13,305 nt of DNA, taken from NCBI GenBank assembly GCA_031370645.1, contig JANMQV010000013.1, positions 1-13,305 of the forward strand, read 5' to 3'. A program made the position numbers and the translations under genes. Positions within the stretch are counted from its first letter, which is position 1. The number at the start of each line of letters is the position of its first letter. The notes beneath the pieces were generated by a model. That model was not told where the DNA came from. It saw nothing but the letters and a program-made list of their open reading frames with translations, and searched no databases. Below are positions 1 through 7,340 of this stretch, one piece after another. Origin of the DNA: Candidatus Eiseniibacteriota bacterium (GTDB taxonomy: Bacteria > Eisenbacteria > RBG-16-71-46 > SZUA-252).

Positions 1-1202
1 AACAGCGCGATCGCGCTCATCTCGTGAACGATCATCCACCGGTACTCCACCCGGCCGAGCAGGAGCTGCCGATCACGAAATCGGTTGGGGGCGTAGCCCG
101 CAAAGTTCGTGACGCCGTCGCTCCGAATAAGACGATAGAACGGAATGGTCGTGGTCGCGCTTCCGAGCGGTCCGATGCCGGCGTAGATGCCCCGGAATGC
201 CAGTACCCGCCGCTTGGCGAACACGGGAACGTAGGCGCGGCCCTCCAGATTCCACTGGTTGTAGTTTGGGTCGCTGGAGCGCACTCCCGACGCCCGTTTC
301 AGGTCGACGCGCGCATGGACGCCGCGCGACGGATGGCGGTTGTCGTCGAGAGCGGCGAAATCCGCGGTGACTCCGTACAGAAACTCCTGGGTCGCACGGT
401 CGTCGTACGGCACGTCGGCCGTCGCGAAGACCGCTTCCAATGGCGGTGACCCATTATAGGCGGAAAGCGGGGTCATGTTCGAATAGCCGCCCACGATTCG
501 CACCTGCCGCAGGCGCGAGCGGCCGAGAAGCAGCGCCGCCTCGGCGCTCATCGTCTCGAGCCGAAAGTAGGACAAGTCCGCCTCCGAGGAAGCGTTGCCG
601 ATTCCGTAGTAGCTCCGATTCGGTTTGTAGTCGTAGTCCGCGCGTAGAGCGACACTCACCGGGTGCCGCGTTCCGATCGCCTCGCTGAATCGGGCGTGTC
701 GGTGGTCCGGAAGGGACCACGAACCCGTGGCGCGAAGCCGGCTGTCCATGGTTGGAAATCCGACCCACGTTATCGCGGGACCGATTCCGAGAGTGGTTCC
801 GTCCCCGACGACGACGGATAGCGCCAGCGTAGGGGAAAGCGGTTCCGGACGATGCGGCTTCGGGTCGAGATACCGCGGGCCGAAATGCCCAACGCCCGCT
901 TCCAACCCATTGGCCACAAGCCGCAGCGGCAAGAACACGATCCGGAATGGCGTCCGCAGGGCTGTCTCCCACCGTCGCTCGTGATCGGGAGAGGCGACGC
1001 GCGGACCGTCGGTCGTGACTTCCGAGCGGAACATGTCGTCGGGGGCGACCCACGTGGAATCTCCAAAGCGCGCTTGTGCCCGGGCGCCGCTCGGCCCCAA
1101 GAGACTTACGACTTGGCATACGAGAAGCGCGAGCAAAAGCGCCGTGGCTCGCGGCCCTCGTCGATGCCCATCGTTTCTGACGACCTGCTGCGTGGTTTCG
1201 AT
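1..1202 (-). CDS. Omp85/BamA-TamA family outer-membrane beta-barrel protein without POTRA domains; 3' end lies outside the window; start codon uncertain
   Basis: Translated by hand; absent from the ORF track because there is no stop in the window. The frame is open from 1457 to the left edge. Signal peptide-like RRGPRATALLLALLVCQVVSLLGPSGARA|Q, then surface-antigen barrel motifs YYGIGN, DDNRHPSRG, EGRAYVPV, IPFY and FAGYAPNRFRDRQLLLGRVEYRW. Best RBS-supported start is ATC at 1202 (GAGGTG-N5); alternatives are TTG 1241, GTG 1259 and ATG 1364. Confidence 0.85.
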   Translation of the reverse strand, partial: METTQQVVRNDGHRRGPRATALLLALLVCQVVSLLGPSGARAQARFGDSTWVAPDDMFRSEVTTDGPRVASPDHERRWETALRTPFRIVFLPLRLVANGLEAGVGHFGPRYLDPKPHRPEPLSPTLALSVVVGDGTTLGIGPAITWVGFPTMDSRLRATGSWSLPDHRHARFSEAIGTRHPVSVALRADYDYKPNRSYYGIGNASSEADLSYFRLETMSAEAALLLGRSRLRQVRIVGGYSNMTPLSAYNGSPPLEAVFATADVPYDDRATQEFLYGVTADFAALDDNRHPSRGVHARVDLKRASGVRSSDPNYNQWNLEGRAYVPVFAKRRVLAFRGIYAGIGPLGSATTTIPFYRLIRSDGVTNFAGYAPNRFRDRQLLLGRVEYRWMIVHEMSAIAL

Positions 1203-1262
1203 GAACTCACCTCTCGAAGAGCCGGATGAACTTGATCCCAATTCGATAGTTAGGTACACACG

Positions 1263-1277
1263 GCAAGCCGTGTGCCA
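1263..1277 (-). promoter_or_regulatory. sigma54 (-24/-12) promoter for the Omp85 gene
   Basis: Minus strand reads TGGCACACGGCTTGC = TGGCAC-N5-TTGC, an exact match to the consensus. It lies between pit and the barrel gene and points toward the barrel gene. Confidence 0.8.
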
Positions 1278-1433
1278 CGACACCGTGTTCGAGGCCGTCG
1301 CGCGGCACCTCCGAAGCGGAGGCAAGCAACCCACGTGCTGAGCGCGACATGCGGATGCGTCCATGGCCGGCGCGGGGCGCCCCGCCGGGCCCCATTGACC
1401 GTTTGCGGCCACCCGCGCAGGCTCGGCGACGCG

Positions 1434-1468
1434 TTCAATTGAAAGGTTGGGGCCCCCTTATTTCAATC
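1434..1468. repeat. AT-rich inverted repeat/palindrome just downstream of pit (possible hairpin or protein-binding site)
   Basis: Perfect palindrome TTCAATTGAA (1434-1443) and inverted arms ATTGAAA (1438-1444) / TTTCAAT (1461-1467) in an otherwise GC-rich context. Confidence 0.35.
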
Positions 1469-1472
1469 GCAC

Positions 1473-2474
1473 TCAGTGGGTGATCGCGCGTGCCGCAAGC
1501 GCCGCGAGGAAGCCGAGTGCGGCCGTGACAGGAATCGTCAGGAGCCAGGCGCTGGCCATCGTCCGCACCACGCCCCAGCGCACGGCGTTCAGCCGCCGTG
1601 CGGCCCCGACTCCGAGGATGCTCGAACTGATCACGTGCGTGGTGCTGAGGGGAAATCCGAACCGCGACGCGACCTGAATCACGAGGGCCGCGGACGTTTC
1701 CGCCGCGAAGCCGTGAATCGGCTCAAGATGCGCGAAGCGCGTTCCCATCGTATGAATGATCCGGCGCCCCCCGGCGAAGGTGCCGGCGGCCATCGCGACG
1801 GCACTCACCACGATCACCCAGGCGGGCACCTGGAATGTCGAGATCACTCCCGCGCTCAACAGTCCGAGCGTGATGACTCCCATGGTCTTCTGCGCATCGT
1901 TGCTCCCATGGCTGAAGGCCATGAATGCGGCCGACACGATTTGCGTTCGACGGAAGATCGGTCCGACCCGCCGGGGCGGCATCTTCGCGAAGATTCGGAT
2001 GAGCACTCTCATCAAGGCCATCGCGATGATGAAGCCCGCCGCGGGTGACAGAAAGAGGGGGTACACGACCTTGTCCACGAGGACGCCCCAATGCGCCGAT
2101 CCGAACCCCAGGCTCGCGATTCCCGCGCCGAGGAGGCTCCCGATCAGCGCGTGGCTCGAGCTGCTCGGAATGCCGTAGTACCACGTGAAGAGATTCCAGG
2201 CGATGGCGCCGACGAGCGCGGCCGTGATGGCGACGAGCGGAACCGACGCGCCGACGATTCCACTTCCGACGGTCTTCGCCACTTCCGTCCCGCTCATCGC
2301 TCCGGCGAGATTCAGGACCGCCGCCATGAGAATCGCCAGCCAGGGCTTCAGGACGCGCGTGGAGATGACCGTGGCGACGGCGTTTGCGGTGTCGTGGAAC
2401 CCGTTGATGAAGTCGAACGCGACCGCGAGCGCGATGAGGACCAACAGCGGCGTCGTGAGTCCGTGATCAGGCAT
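1473..2474 (-). CDS. pit: Inorganic phosphate transporter, PiT family (333 aa)
   Basis: Both PiT signature repeats are present (INGFHDTANAVAT and SHGSNDAQKTMG), plus GIPSSSSHALIG and PLSTTH. Hydrophobic throughout. ATG overlaps the DUF47 stop (ATGCCTGA). Confidence 0.95.
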   Translation of the reverse strand: MPDHGLTTPLLVLIALAVAFDFINGFHDTANAVATVISTRVLKPWLAILMAAVLNLAGAMSGTEVAKTVGSGIVGASVPLVAITAALVGAIAWNLFTWYYGIPSSSSHALIGSLLGAGIASLGFGSAHWGVLVDKVVYPLFLSPAAGFIIAMALMRVLIRIFAKMPPRRVGPIFRRTQIVSAAFMAFSHGSNDAQKTMGVITLGLLSAGVISTFQVPAWVIVVSAVAMAAGTFAGGRRIIHTMGTRFAHLEPIHGFAAETSAALVIQVASRFGFPLSTTHVISSSILGVGAARRLNAVRWGVVRTMASAWLLTIPVTAALGFLAALAARAITH

Positions 2475-3096
2475 GTTTGATGGCGAGCCCGCGGAGCACG
2501 TCGGCGATGTCCTCGCACCTGTCCGTCACCTGCTCCATCGTCTCGTAGATCCGGCTCCAAGCGATTACCCGGATCGGGTCGTTAGGATGGTGGAAGAGTT
2601 CCATCACCCCCTCCCGAAGGAGCGTATCGGCTTGATTTTCGAGCCGGTGAAGTTCGACCACTCCCTCCTCAATGCTCCGCATCGTTCGCCGTTGCCGGAG
2701 TTTCGGGAGCTGCACGGCCACGGAGCGGGTACACGCGACGATGACGGCGGCGAGCGACGCCGCGATCGGGGTCGGCTCCTTGATGTTGTAGAGACACATG
2801 GCGTCGGCGGCCTCGTGAATGTGGTCCATCACGTCGTCGAGGGCGATGGTCATCGCGATGATGTCTTCGCGATCGAGGGGCGGGATAAAGACCCGGTTCA
2901 ACGCCTTGTAGATGGCGTGGGTGATCTCGTCGCCTTTGTGCTCGAGGTCGTGCAACTCCCCCACGATCCGCTCAGCGCTCGAGAAGTCATGGCAGATTTG
3001 GTCGAGCAACGTGGCGGCCTCGACGTTGTTCTGCGCGGCTTCCTCGAACCGACCGAAGAAATCGTCATTCGATTTTCGCGGCTTCAGTGTCTCCAC
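2467..3096 (-). CDS. DUF47 / PhoU-like phosphate transport regulator (209 aa)
   Basis: Motifs LEHKGDEITH, FIPPLDREDI, LDDVMD, RLENQAD and YETMEQVTDRCEDIAD; canonical position directly upstream of pit. Likely start is GTG 3096 behind AGGAAGGA, not 3525 as in the track. Confidence 0.92.
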   Translation of the reverse strand: METLKPRKSNDDFFGRFEEAAQNNVEAATLLDQICHDFSSAERIVGELHDLEHKGDEITHAIYKALNRVFIPPLDREDIIAMTIALDDVMDHIHEAADAMCLYNIKEPTPIAASLAAVIVACTRSVAVQLPKLRQRRTMRSIEEGVVELHRLENQADTLLREGVMELFHHPNDPIRVIAWSRIYETMEQVTDRCEDIADVLRGLAIKHA

Positions 3097-3154
3097 GTGT
3101 CCTTCCTGGAGCCAAGGCCCCAGCCACGGTTTCCTGCTACCGGAAGTCCGGCCC

Positions 3155-3760
3155 TTAAGGGGATTTCGTCTCTTCCTCGGTCTTGGCTCCGGGCGGTTCG
3201 TGCCCCAGCGCGGCCGCGGCCAGCGACGCACCCGCCGAGGGCTGCGGAACGGTCTCGTCGGTGTCCGCCTTGGGCGGCGCGACCTCTGCCGTGGGGACCT
3301 CGGGCTCCCCAGCCCCTTCGCTCTCGACGCGCGCCTCCTCCGGCCGCTCGGCCACAAGCGTCCGGAGTCGCTTGGCGAGCGCGCGCACGACCTCTTGAAG
3401 TAGTGGCAGATCGCCGGCAGCGACGTCGTAGAACTCGTCCCGGTGGAGCGCCAGCGCCATCCCGTCCTCCGTACACTCCGCACGGTGCCCGCGGGCCGAC
3501 TCGTCGACCAACGACCACGTGCCAAAGGCTTCCCCGGGACCCACCTCGGACATCGTCCGGTCCTCGGTCGAGAGTCGGACGCGACCCTCGACGACGATAT
3601 AGAGCGCGTCCGCCGGGTCTTCCGCGTTGTAGATCATGTCGCCCTTCACGATCTCGACTTCACGAGCGACTTCCGCCAAACCCAGGAGGTGACGCGGCCC
3701 GACATCGCTCAACAGGTCGGCGCGCTTGAGGGTCAGCACGCGCTCCACGGCGGTCAGCAT
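3155..3760 (-). CDS. Stand-alone cyclic-nucleotide-binding (CAP effector) domain protein with acidic Pro/Ala-rich tail, no HTH (201 aa)
   Basis: MLTAVERVLTLKRADLL...GDMIYNAEDPADALYIVVEGRVRL...VGPGEAFGTWSL...ARGHRAEC...LHRDEF fits the cNMP fold pattern. ATG 3760 overlaps the upstream stop (ATGCTGA). Confidence 0.88.
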   Translation of the reverse strand: MLTAVERVLTLKRADLLSDVGPRHLLGLAEVAREVEIVKGDMIYNAEDPADALYIVVEGRVRLSTEDRTMSEVGPGEAFGTWSLVDESARGHRAECTEDGMALALHRDEFYDVAAGDLPLLQEVVRALAKRLRTLVAERPEEARVESEGAGEPEVPTAEVAPPKADTDETVPQPSAGASLAAAALGHEPPGAKTEEETKSP

Positions 3761-6522
3761 GGCACGCTCGTCGGCACGATTGGTTCTTCCGCCGCTGGTC
3801 GCCGGTTGGTCTCTCGCATGATCTCCTTGGCGAGCACCGCCAATTCCGCACTCACCAGCGGATCCTTGAATCCGCCTGATTCGAACAGGGACGGATCCAA
3901 CGACGGTGAGAACCGCGATGCCCGAACGGCGCAGGCGCGGAGCCAATCGTCACCCCACTTCCAGGCGGCCCGGATTGGTTCGGCGACGTCGTCGCGACCT
4001 GCCGCCTCCTCCACCGTCACCTCCTCTGGTACGGTTCCTTCGAAAACTCTCGAGACAGGACGGAACACGGCGCGAGGGAGCACATGGCTAAGATACTCCA
4101 GCGCGGGCGCGGCGGCTTGAGGCTCCCGCGACCGGAGCCTCTCGAACGCCCCGGCGAGCGGTTTGGCCTCGTACCAGCACGCTAGTGCGCGGAGCCCGCG
4201 CTCGAGGCCCCATTCGGCCTGCTCCTCGAGGCTCGATGCGAAGAGCCTCACCTCGGCGGCGGCGTGCGCCGCGATCCCCTGGCTCGCCTCGCGATTCAAT
4301 CTTACACTCGCCAATTCTCGGAGAAACAATTTGTGAACCGTGGCGCGTGGAAGAACGGGCCTGCCGCGATTCGCGCGAATTCGGCTCAATCCCTCGAGGC
4401 CAAAGTGACGTAGGCGTGGATCGCCGGTTCGCGCCAGGACAATCAGGGCCTTGACGGCGCGAGGGGTCGCCATCCGCGCCAGCGTGCGTGCGGCGAGAGC
4501 CTGTGCCCAGGCGCCCCCGGCGCCCTGGAGTAGCGGCTCCAGCTTCGTGACGGCCGGATCGCCGATCGCCGCGAGCGCCTCGCGCGCCTCGTGACTCAAA
4601 TCGGGGATGAGGAAGAGCGGCAACAACACTTCGATCAATTCCCGGTGCGGCCGGCGCCTCGCGGAGACAAGCGCCACGCGCTTCACGTCCAGGTCGGGGT
4701 TGGCGAGTAGCGTACGAAGGAACCTTACGGAGGCCGTGCCGGACAGGACGCCCGCCGCGCGGGCCGCAAGCAGCAGATCCTCTCGCGAGCCGGCCGCGAT
4801 GCGGGCGTCGATCCACGCCGGCGTGATCGCATCGGGGGCTTCGTAGGGCCGCTCGAAAAGGGCGTCGAGAAGGTATTGCCGAACGGCCACTTCCTCCCCG
4901 TCCAAGATCAGGCGAGCGAATGTGGTCGCGTGGGGACTCTGGGCCAGCAGGTATCCGACCGCCGCGCGTCGAAGCGTCTCCTCCGACTCCTGCATGAACC
5001 CCTCGATCAACTTCTCCGGGTCGGACAGGCGCATCGCCCGCATCGCGTCCACCGCCGCGGTGCGAACAGCCGGCGACGAGTGTCGCAGACACCCGCGCAC
5101 CGCGCTCGCGACGCCTCGGTCCCGAACCGCGCGGCTCAATGTTAGTGCAAATACGATTCGTTGCTCGTCGTCCGCGCGGAGCGCCTCCATCAGCGCACGA
5201 CGCGCCGACGGCGTCCGAACGGCATCGGGCGTCGCCTCCGGCTCGATCCACCGGCTGCTCAGTGTCTGCTGGAATGCATCGCCGTACTGCCGGTTCAAGA
5301 CGATGAGAACGGCGACCCACGCCACCGACAGCGCGATGGTCACGACCGCGATCACCGACGTGCGAACGCCGACCGTGTGCAACACGACGATGAGCAACAA
5401 TCCCGCGGCCGCGTCCGACCACCGTTCCACGAGAGTATCGATGGCGGGCTTGATGCGGCGCCGCTCGCGGGGGTGGATGGCCGTGTAGTAGATCTCGGCC
5501 GACGACTTGCCCAGCGTCCCGAACACAATGCCTTGGATCCATCGCATCGCGACGATCACCAGCCAGATCGGGCTGAGGACGATCCACGACATGAAGGCCA
5601 CCGCCGTGATCGGTTGCAATGCGGTGGCGGCGCCAAGACCGAGCCGGCGTAGGATCAACCCCGCCACGCTGAACTGAAAGAGTAGGGAAAGCGCGTTTAG
5701 CCCCACGTAGAACTTCCCGAAGAACTGGGTGAGCGAGTGCTGATCCGGGTAGACACTCTGAATGTACAGTTTGAACTGAAAGTCGACGAGTGTGGATACG
5801 ACGACCGAGAGGGCGAGGGCAATCGTGAGCGTCTTGATGTAGGGAGAACGCAGGATGGCGCCCCAGCGCGATGTCTTCGTGCTTGCTTCCAGCGGCGCTG
5901 GTCGGAGCGCGCGGTTGCGTTCCACGATGCGTGTGAGGCCGTAGGACGCGACGAGAAGACCCGACATCGTCCACATGAGCCCGACGTGCTTGAGCAGTGG
6001 GGTCGACCAGGCTGCAAAGGCGCCTCCCGCCAAGCCTCCCAGCAATCCGCAGCCGCCGAATAACGGAAAGATGCTCCGCGCCCTGCGCGAGTCCCACACG
6101 TCGAGCGCGAGCCCCCAAAAGTGTGGCAAGAGCATCATCGCTTGACTGCCGGTCCAGATGTAGAAGGCCGCGATGGTCCAGTGGCGGGCGTGCGGGAGTG
6201 TGATCGCGGCCAGAATGCTGAAACCAATTGCGGCGTACTGGTTGAACCGCGTCGCGCCGACGTCCGTGAAGCGTCGCGCCACGATGCTTTCCAACCAGAC
6301 GAACCCTGCGGCCGCCACCGCGACGCCGATATAGGCGTACGGAAGCGCGAGGGCGCCGAATTCCGACAGGAAGAGGGCGTCACGTAGAATTTTGGCGATG
6401 GTGTAGGCGCAGAACAACGTCGCCACCAGCGCCCCCATGAGGACGAGAAGCCGTTGCTCATGCGACTCGATTCCGAGCCGGCGTCCAATTCCCCCGAGCC
6501 ATCGCTTCACGATGACGATCAC
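3754..6522 (-). CDS. NTT/TLC-family (Npt1/Npt2 ATP/ADP translocase-like) MFS transporter fused to C-terminal HEAT repeats (922 aa)
   Basis: N-terminal ~410 aa are multi-pass hydrophobic with NTT-like motifs YTIAKILRDALF, FWGLALDVWDSRRARSIFPLF, STLVDFQFK and EIYYTAIHPRERRRIKPAID. The C-terminal half has HEAT-like units (LRHSSPAVRTAAVDAM, LLANPDLDVKRVAL, EAREALAAIG, GDPRLRHFGLEGL, DDWLRACAV). Start is GTG 6522 or 6510. Confidence 0.85.
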   Translation of the reverse strand: MIVIVKRWLGGIGRRLGIESHEQRLLVLMGALVATLFCAYTIAKILRDALFLSEFGALALPYAYIGVAVAAAGFVWLESIVARRFTDVGATRFNQYAAIGFSILAAITLPHARHWTIAAFYIWTGSQAMMLLPHFWGLALDVWDSRRARSIFPLFGGCGLLGGLAGGAFAAWSTPLLKHVGLMWTMSGLLVASYGLTRIVERNRALRPAPLEASTKTSRWGAILRSPYIKTLTIALALSVVVSTLVDFQFKLYIQSVYPDQHSLTQFFGKFYVGLNALSLLFQFSVAGLILRRLGLGAATALQPITAVAFMSWIVLSPIWLVIVAMRWIQGIVFGTLGKSSAEIYYTAIHPRERRRIKPAIDTLVERWSDAAAGLLLIVVLHTVGVRTSVIAVVTIALSVAWVAVLIVLNRQYGDAFQQTLSSRWIEPEATPDAVRTPSARRALMEALRADDEQRIVFALTLSRAVRDRGVASAVRGCLRHSSPAVRTAAVDAMRAMRLSDPEKLIEGFMQESEETLRRAAVGYLLAQSPHATTFARLILDGEEVAVRQYLLDALFERPYEAPDAITPAWIDARIAAGSREDLLLAARAAGVLSGTASVRFLRTLLANPDLDVKRVALVSARRRPHRELIEVLLPLFLIPDLSHEAREALAAIGDPAVTKLEPLLQGAGGAWAQALAARTLARMATPRAVKALIVLARTGDPRLRHFGLEGLSRIRANRGRPVLPRATVHKLFLRELASVRLNREASQGIAAHAAAEVRLFASSLEEQAEWGLERGLRALACWYEAKPLAGAFERLRSREPQAAAPALEYLSHVLPRAVFRPVSRVFEGTVPEEVTVEEAAGRDDVAEPIRAAWKWGDDWLRACAVRASRFSPSLDPSLFESGGFKDPLVSAELAVLAKEIMRETNRRPAAEEPIVPTSVPC

Positions 6523-6528
6523 GAAGCG

Positions 6529-6744
6529 CTAGGCGAGGCGCTTTCTCGGCACGATGAGGAGCAAAACACCACCGAGCAGGGCGATCCCCCCAACGATGGG
6601 CGAGAGGGGGACGTTCTTCTGCTCGGTGGCCGTCGCCTGGAATGGGCCGACGTCGAGGACGGTGCGCTCCCTGTTGTAGCTGATCCCGCCGTAGACGAGC
6701 GCGAGCACACCGATAATGACTAGCACGAACCCGAATATCTTCAC
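6529..6744 (-). CDS. Small two-TM membrane protein, DUF3185-like (71 aa)
   Basis: MKIFGFVLVIIGVLALVYGGISY...VLDVGP...PLSPIVGGIALLGGVLLL pattern; GTG start behind a GGAGA RBS. Confidence 0.85.
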   Translation of the reverse strand: MKIFGFVLVIIGVLALVYGGISYNRERTVLDVGPFQATATEQKNVPLSPIVGGIALLGGVLLLIVPRKRLA

Positions 6745-6775
6745 GCTACTTCTCCAATCTGGCCCGGACGACGCT

Positions 6776-6925
6776 TCAGACCACCCGGCGACCTTGAATG
6801 ACGCGGAGCAACACGACGACGACAGCGATAACCAACAGAACGTGGATGAAGCCGCCCATCGTGTACGCGGTCACGAGCCCGAGCAGCCACAACGCGATGA
6901 GCACGACGGCAATAGTCCAGAGCAT
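6776..6925 (-). CDS. lmo0937-family small membrane protein (49 aa)
   Basis: Manual translation MLWTIAVVLIALWLLGLVTAYTMGGFIHVLLVIAVVVVLLRVIQGRRVV*, with the family pattern LWLLG...GG.IH.LLVIA and a GGGGGGA RBS. Shorter than any ORF in the track. Confidence 0.9.
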   Translation of the reverse strand: MLWTIAVVLIALWLLGLVTAYTMGGFIHVLLVIAVVVVLLRVIQGRRVV

Positions 6926-6998
6926 GGTTTTGTTCCCCCCGGCGCGCTTTTCGGCGCGGCTTTACGAGTATCGGAAAGCTGTTTTGCTTCTAGGCACA

Positions 6999-7013
6999 GC
7001 ATGACATGTGCCA
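6999..7013 (-). promoter_or_regulatory. sigma54 (-24/-12) promoter for the leftward operon
   Basis: Minus strand CTGGCACATGTCATGCT = TGGCAC-N5-ATGC (GG-N10-GC), about 75 bp upstream of the lmo0937-like ATG. Confidence 0.75.
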
Positions 7014-7084
7014 GCGCGTTCTCCGGCGTAACCGGTTGGGGTGCCACACTCCGCGCCCCCGCGATTCCACGGCGGGGCGGCTCA

Positions 7085-7111
7085 TGTAAAAGATTCCAGC
7101 CCGTTATTACA
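7085..7111. promoter_or_regulatory. Candidate enhancer (UAS) for the NtrC-family activator
   Basis: Near-palindrome TGTAA-AAGA-TTCCA (7085-7098) plus a TTACA half-site (7107-7111). AT-rich island ~70-100 bp upstream of the 6999-7013 promoter. Confidence 0.4.
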
Positions 7112-7340
7112 AAGATGCGGTGCCTCAGCGGCACGCCACGACTCACGCGAATTCGAACTTCGCGGACGGCGTCATCGACCGAGCTTCCGCGACTTTGTGA
7201 GGGTGCCACGGGCGAAAGTTGCGGCCATACCGGTCGTACGGGTGTATTCTCGACCTGTCTTAGCGGCGGGTCTTGCTGCGTGCAGGACCCGGCAAGACCA
7301 CAACTTGGTTCGTGATCCGCATGAAAACGGGGGTTTCCCG

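Noticed and set aside
24-1341. Track ORFs 24..449 +, 454..1119 -, 727..984 +, 852..1229 +, 1015..1341 + and similar
   Set aside because: Shadow frames of the Omp85 gene with no recognisable motifs.
3110-3127. sigma54-like TGGCTGGGGCCTTGGC (- strand) before DUF47
   Set aside because: GG-N10-GG rather than GC, and the implied TSS would fall at the RBS. No Pho-box-like repeat was seen here either.
3817-3828. Internal AAGGAG-ATC-ATG near the 3' end of the NTT-HEAT gene
   Set aside because: Spacing is only 3 nt and the ATG is in the transporter frame (K-E-I-M codons); probably coincidental.
2473-6118. Long ORFs 2473..3729 + (418 aa) and 4088..6118 - (676 aa)
   Set aside because: Antisense or alternate-frame products of high-GC codon bias over well-supported genes; Arg/Pro/Gly-rich with no domains.
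7041-7340. 100-aa N-terminal extension of the activator in the ORF track
   Set aside because: The REC domain begins at ATG 7341 with an RBS; the extension runs through the regulatory region.
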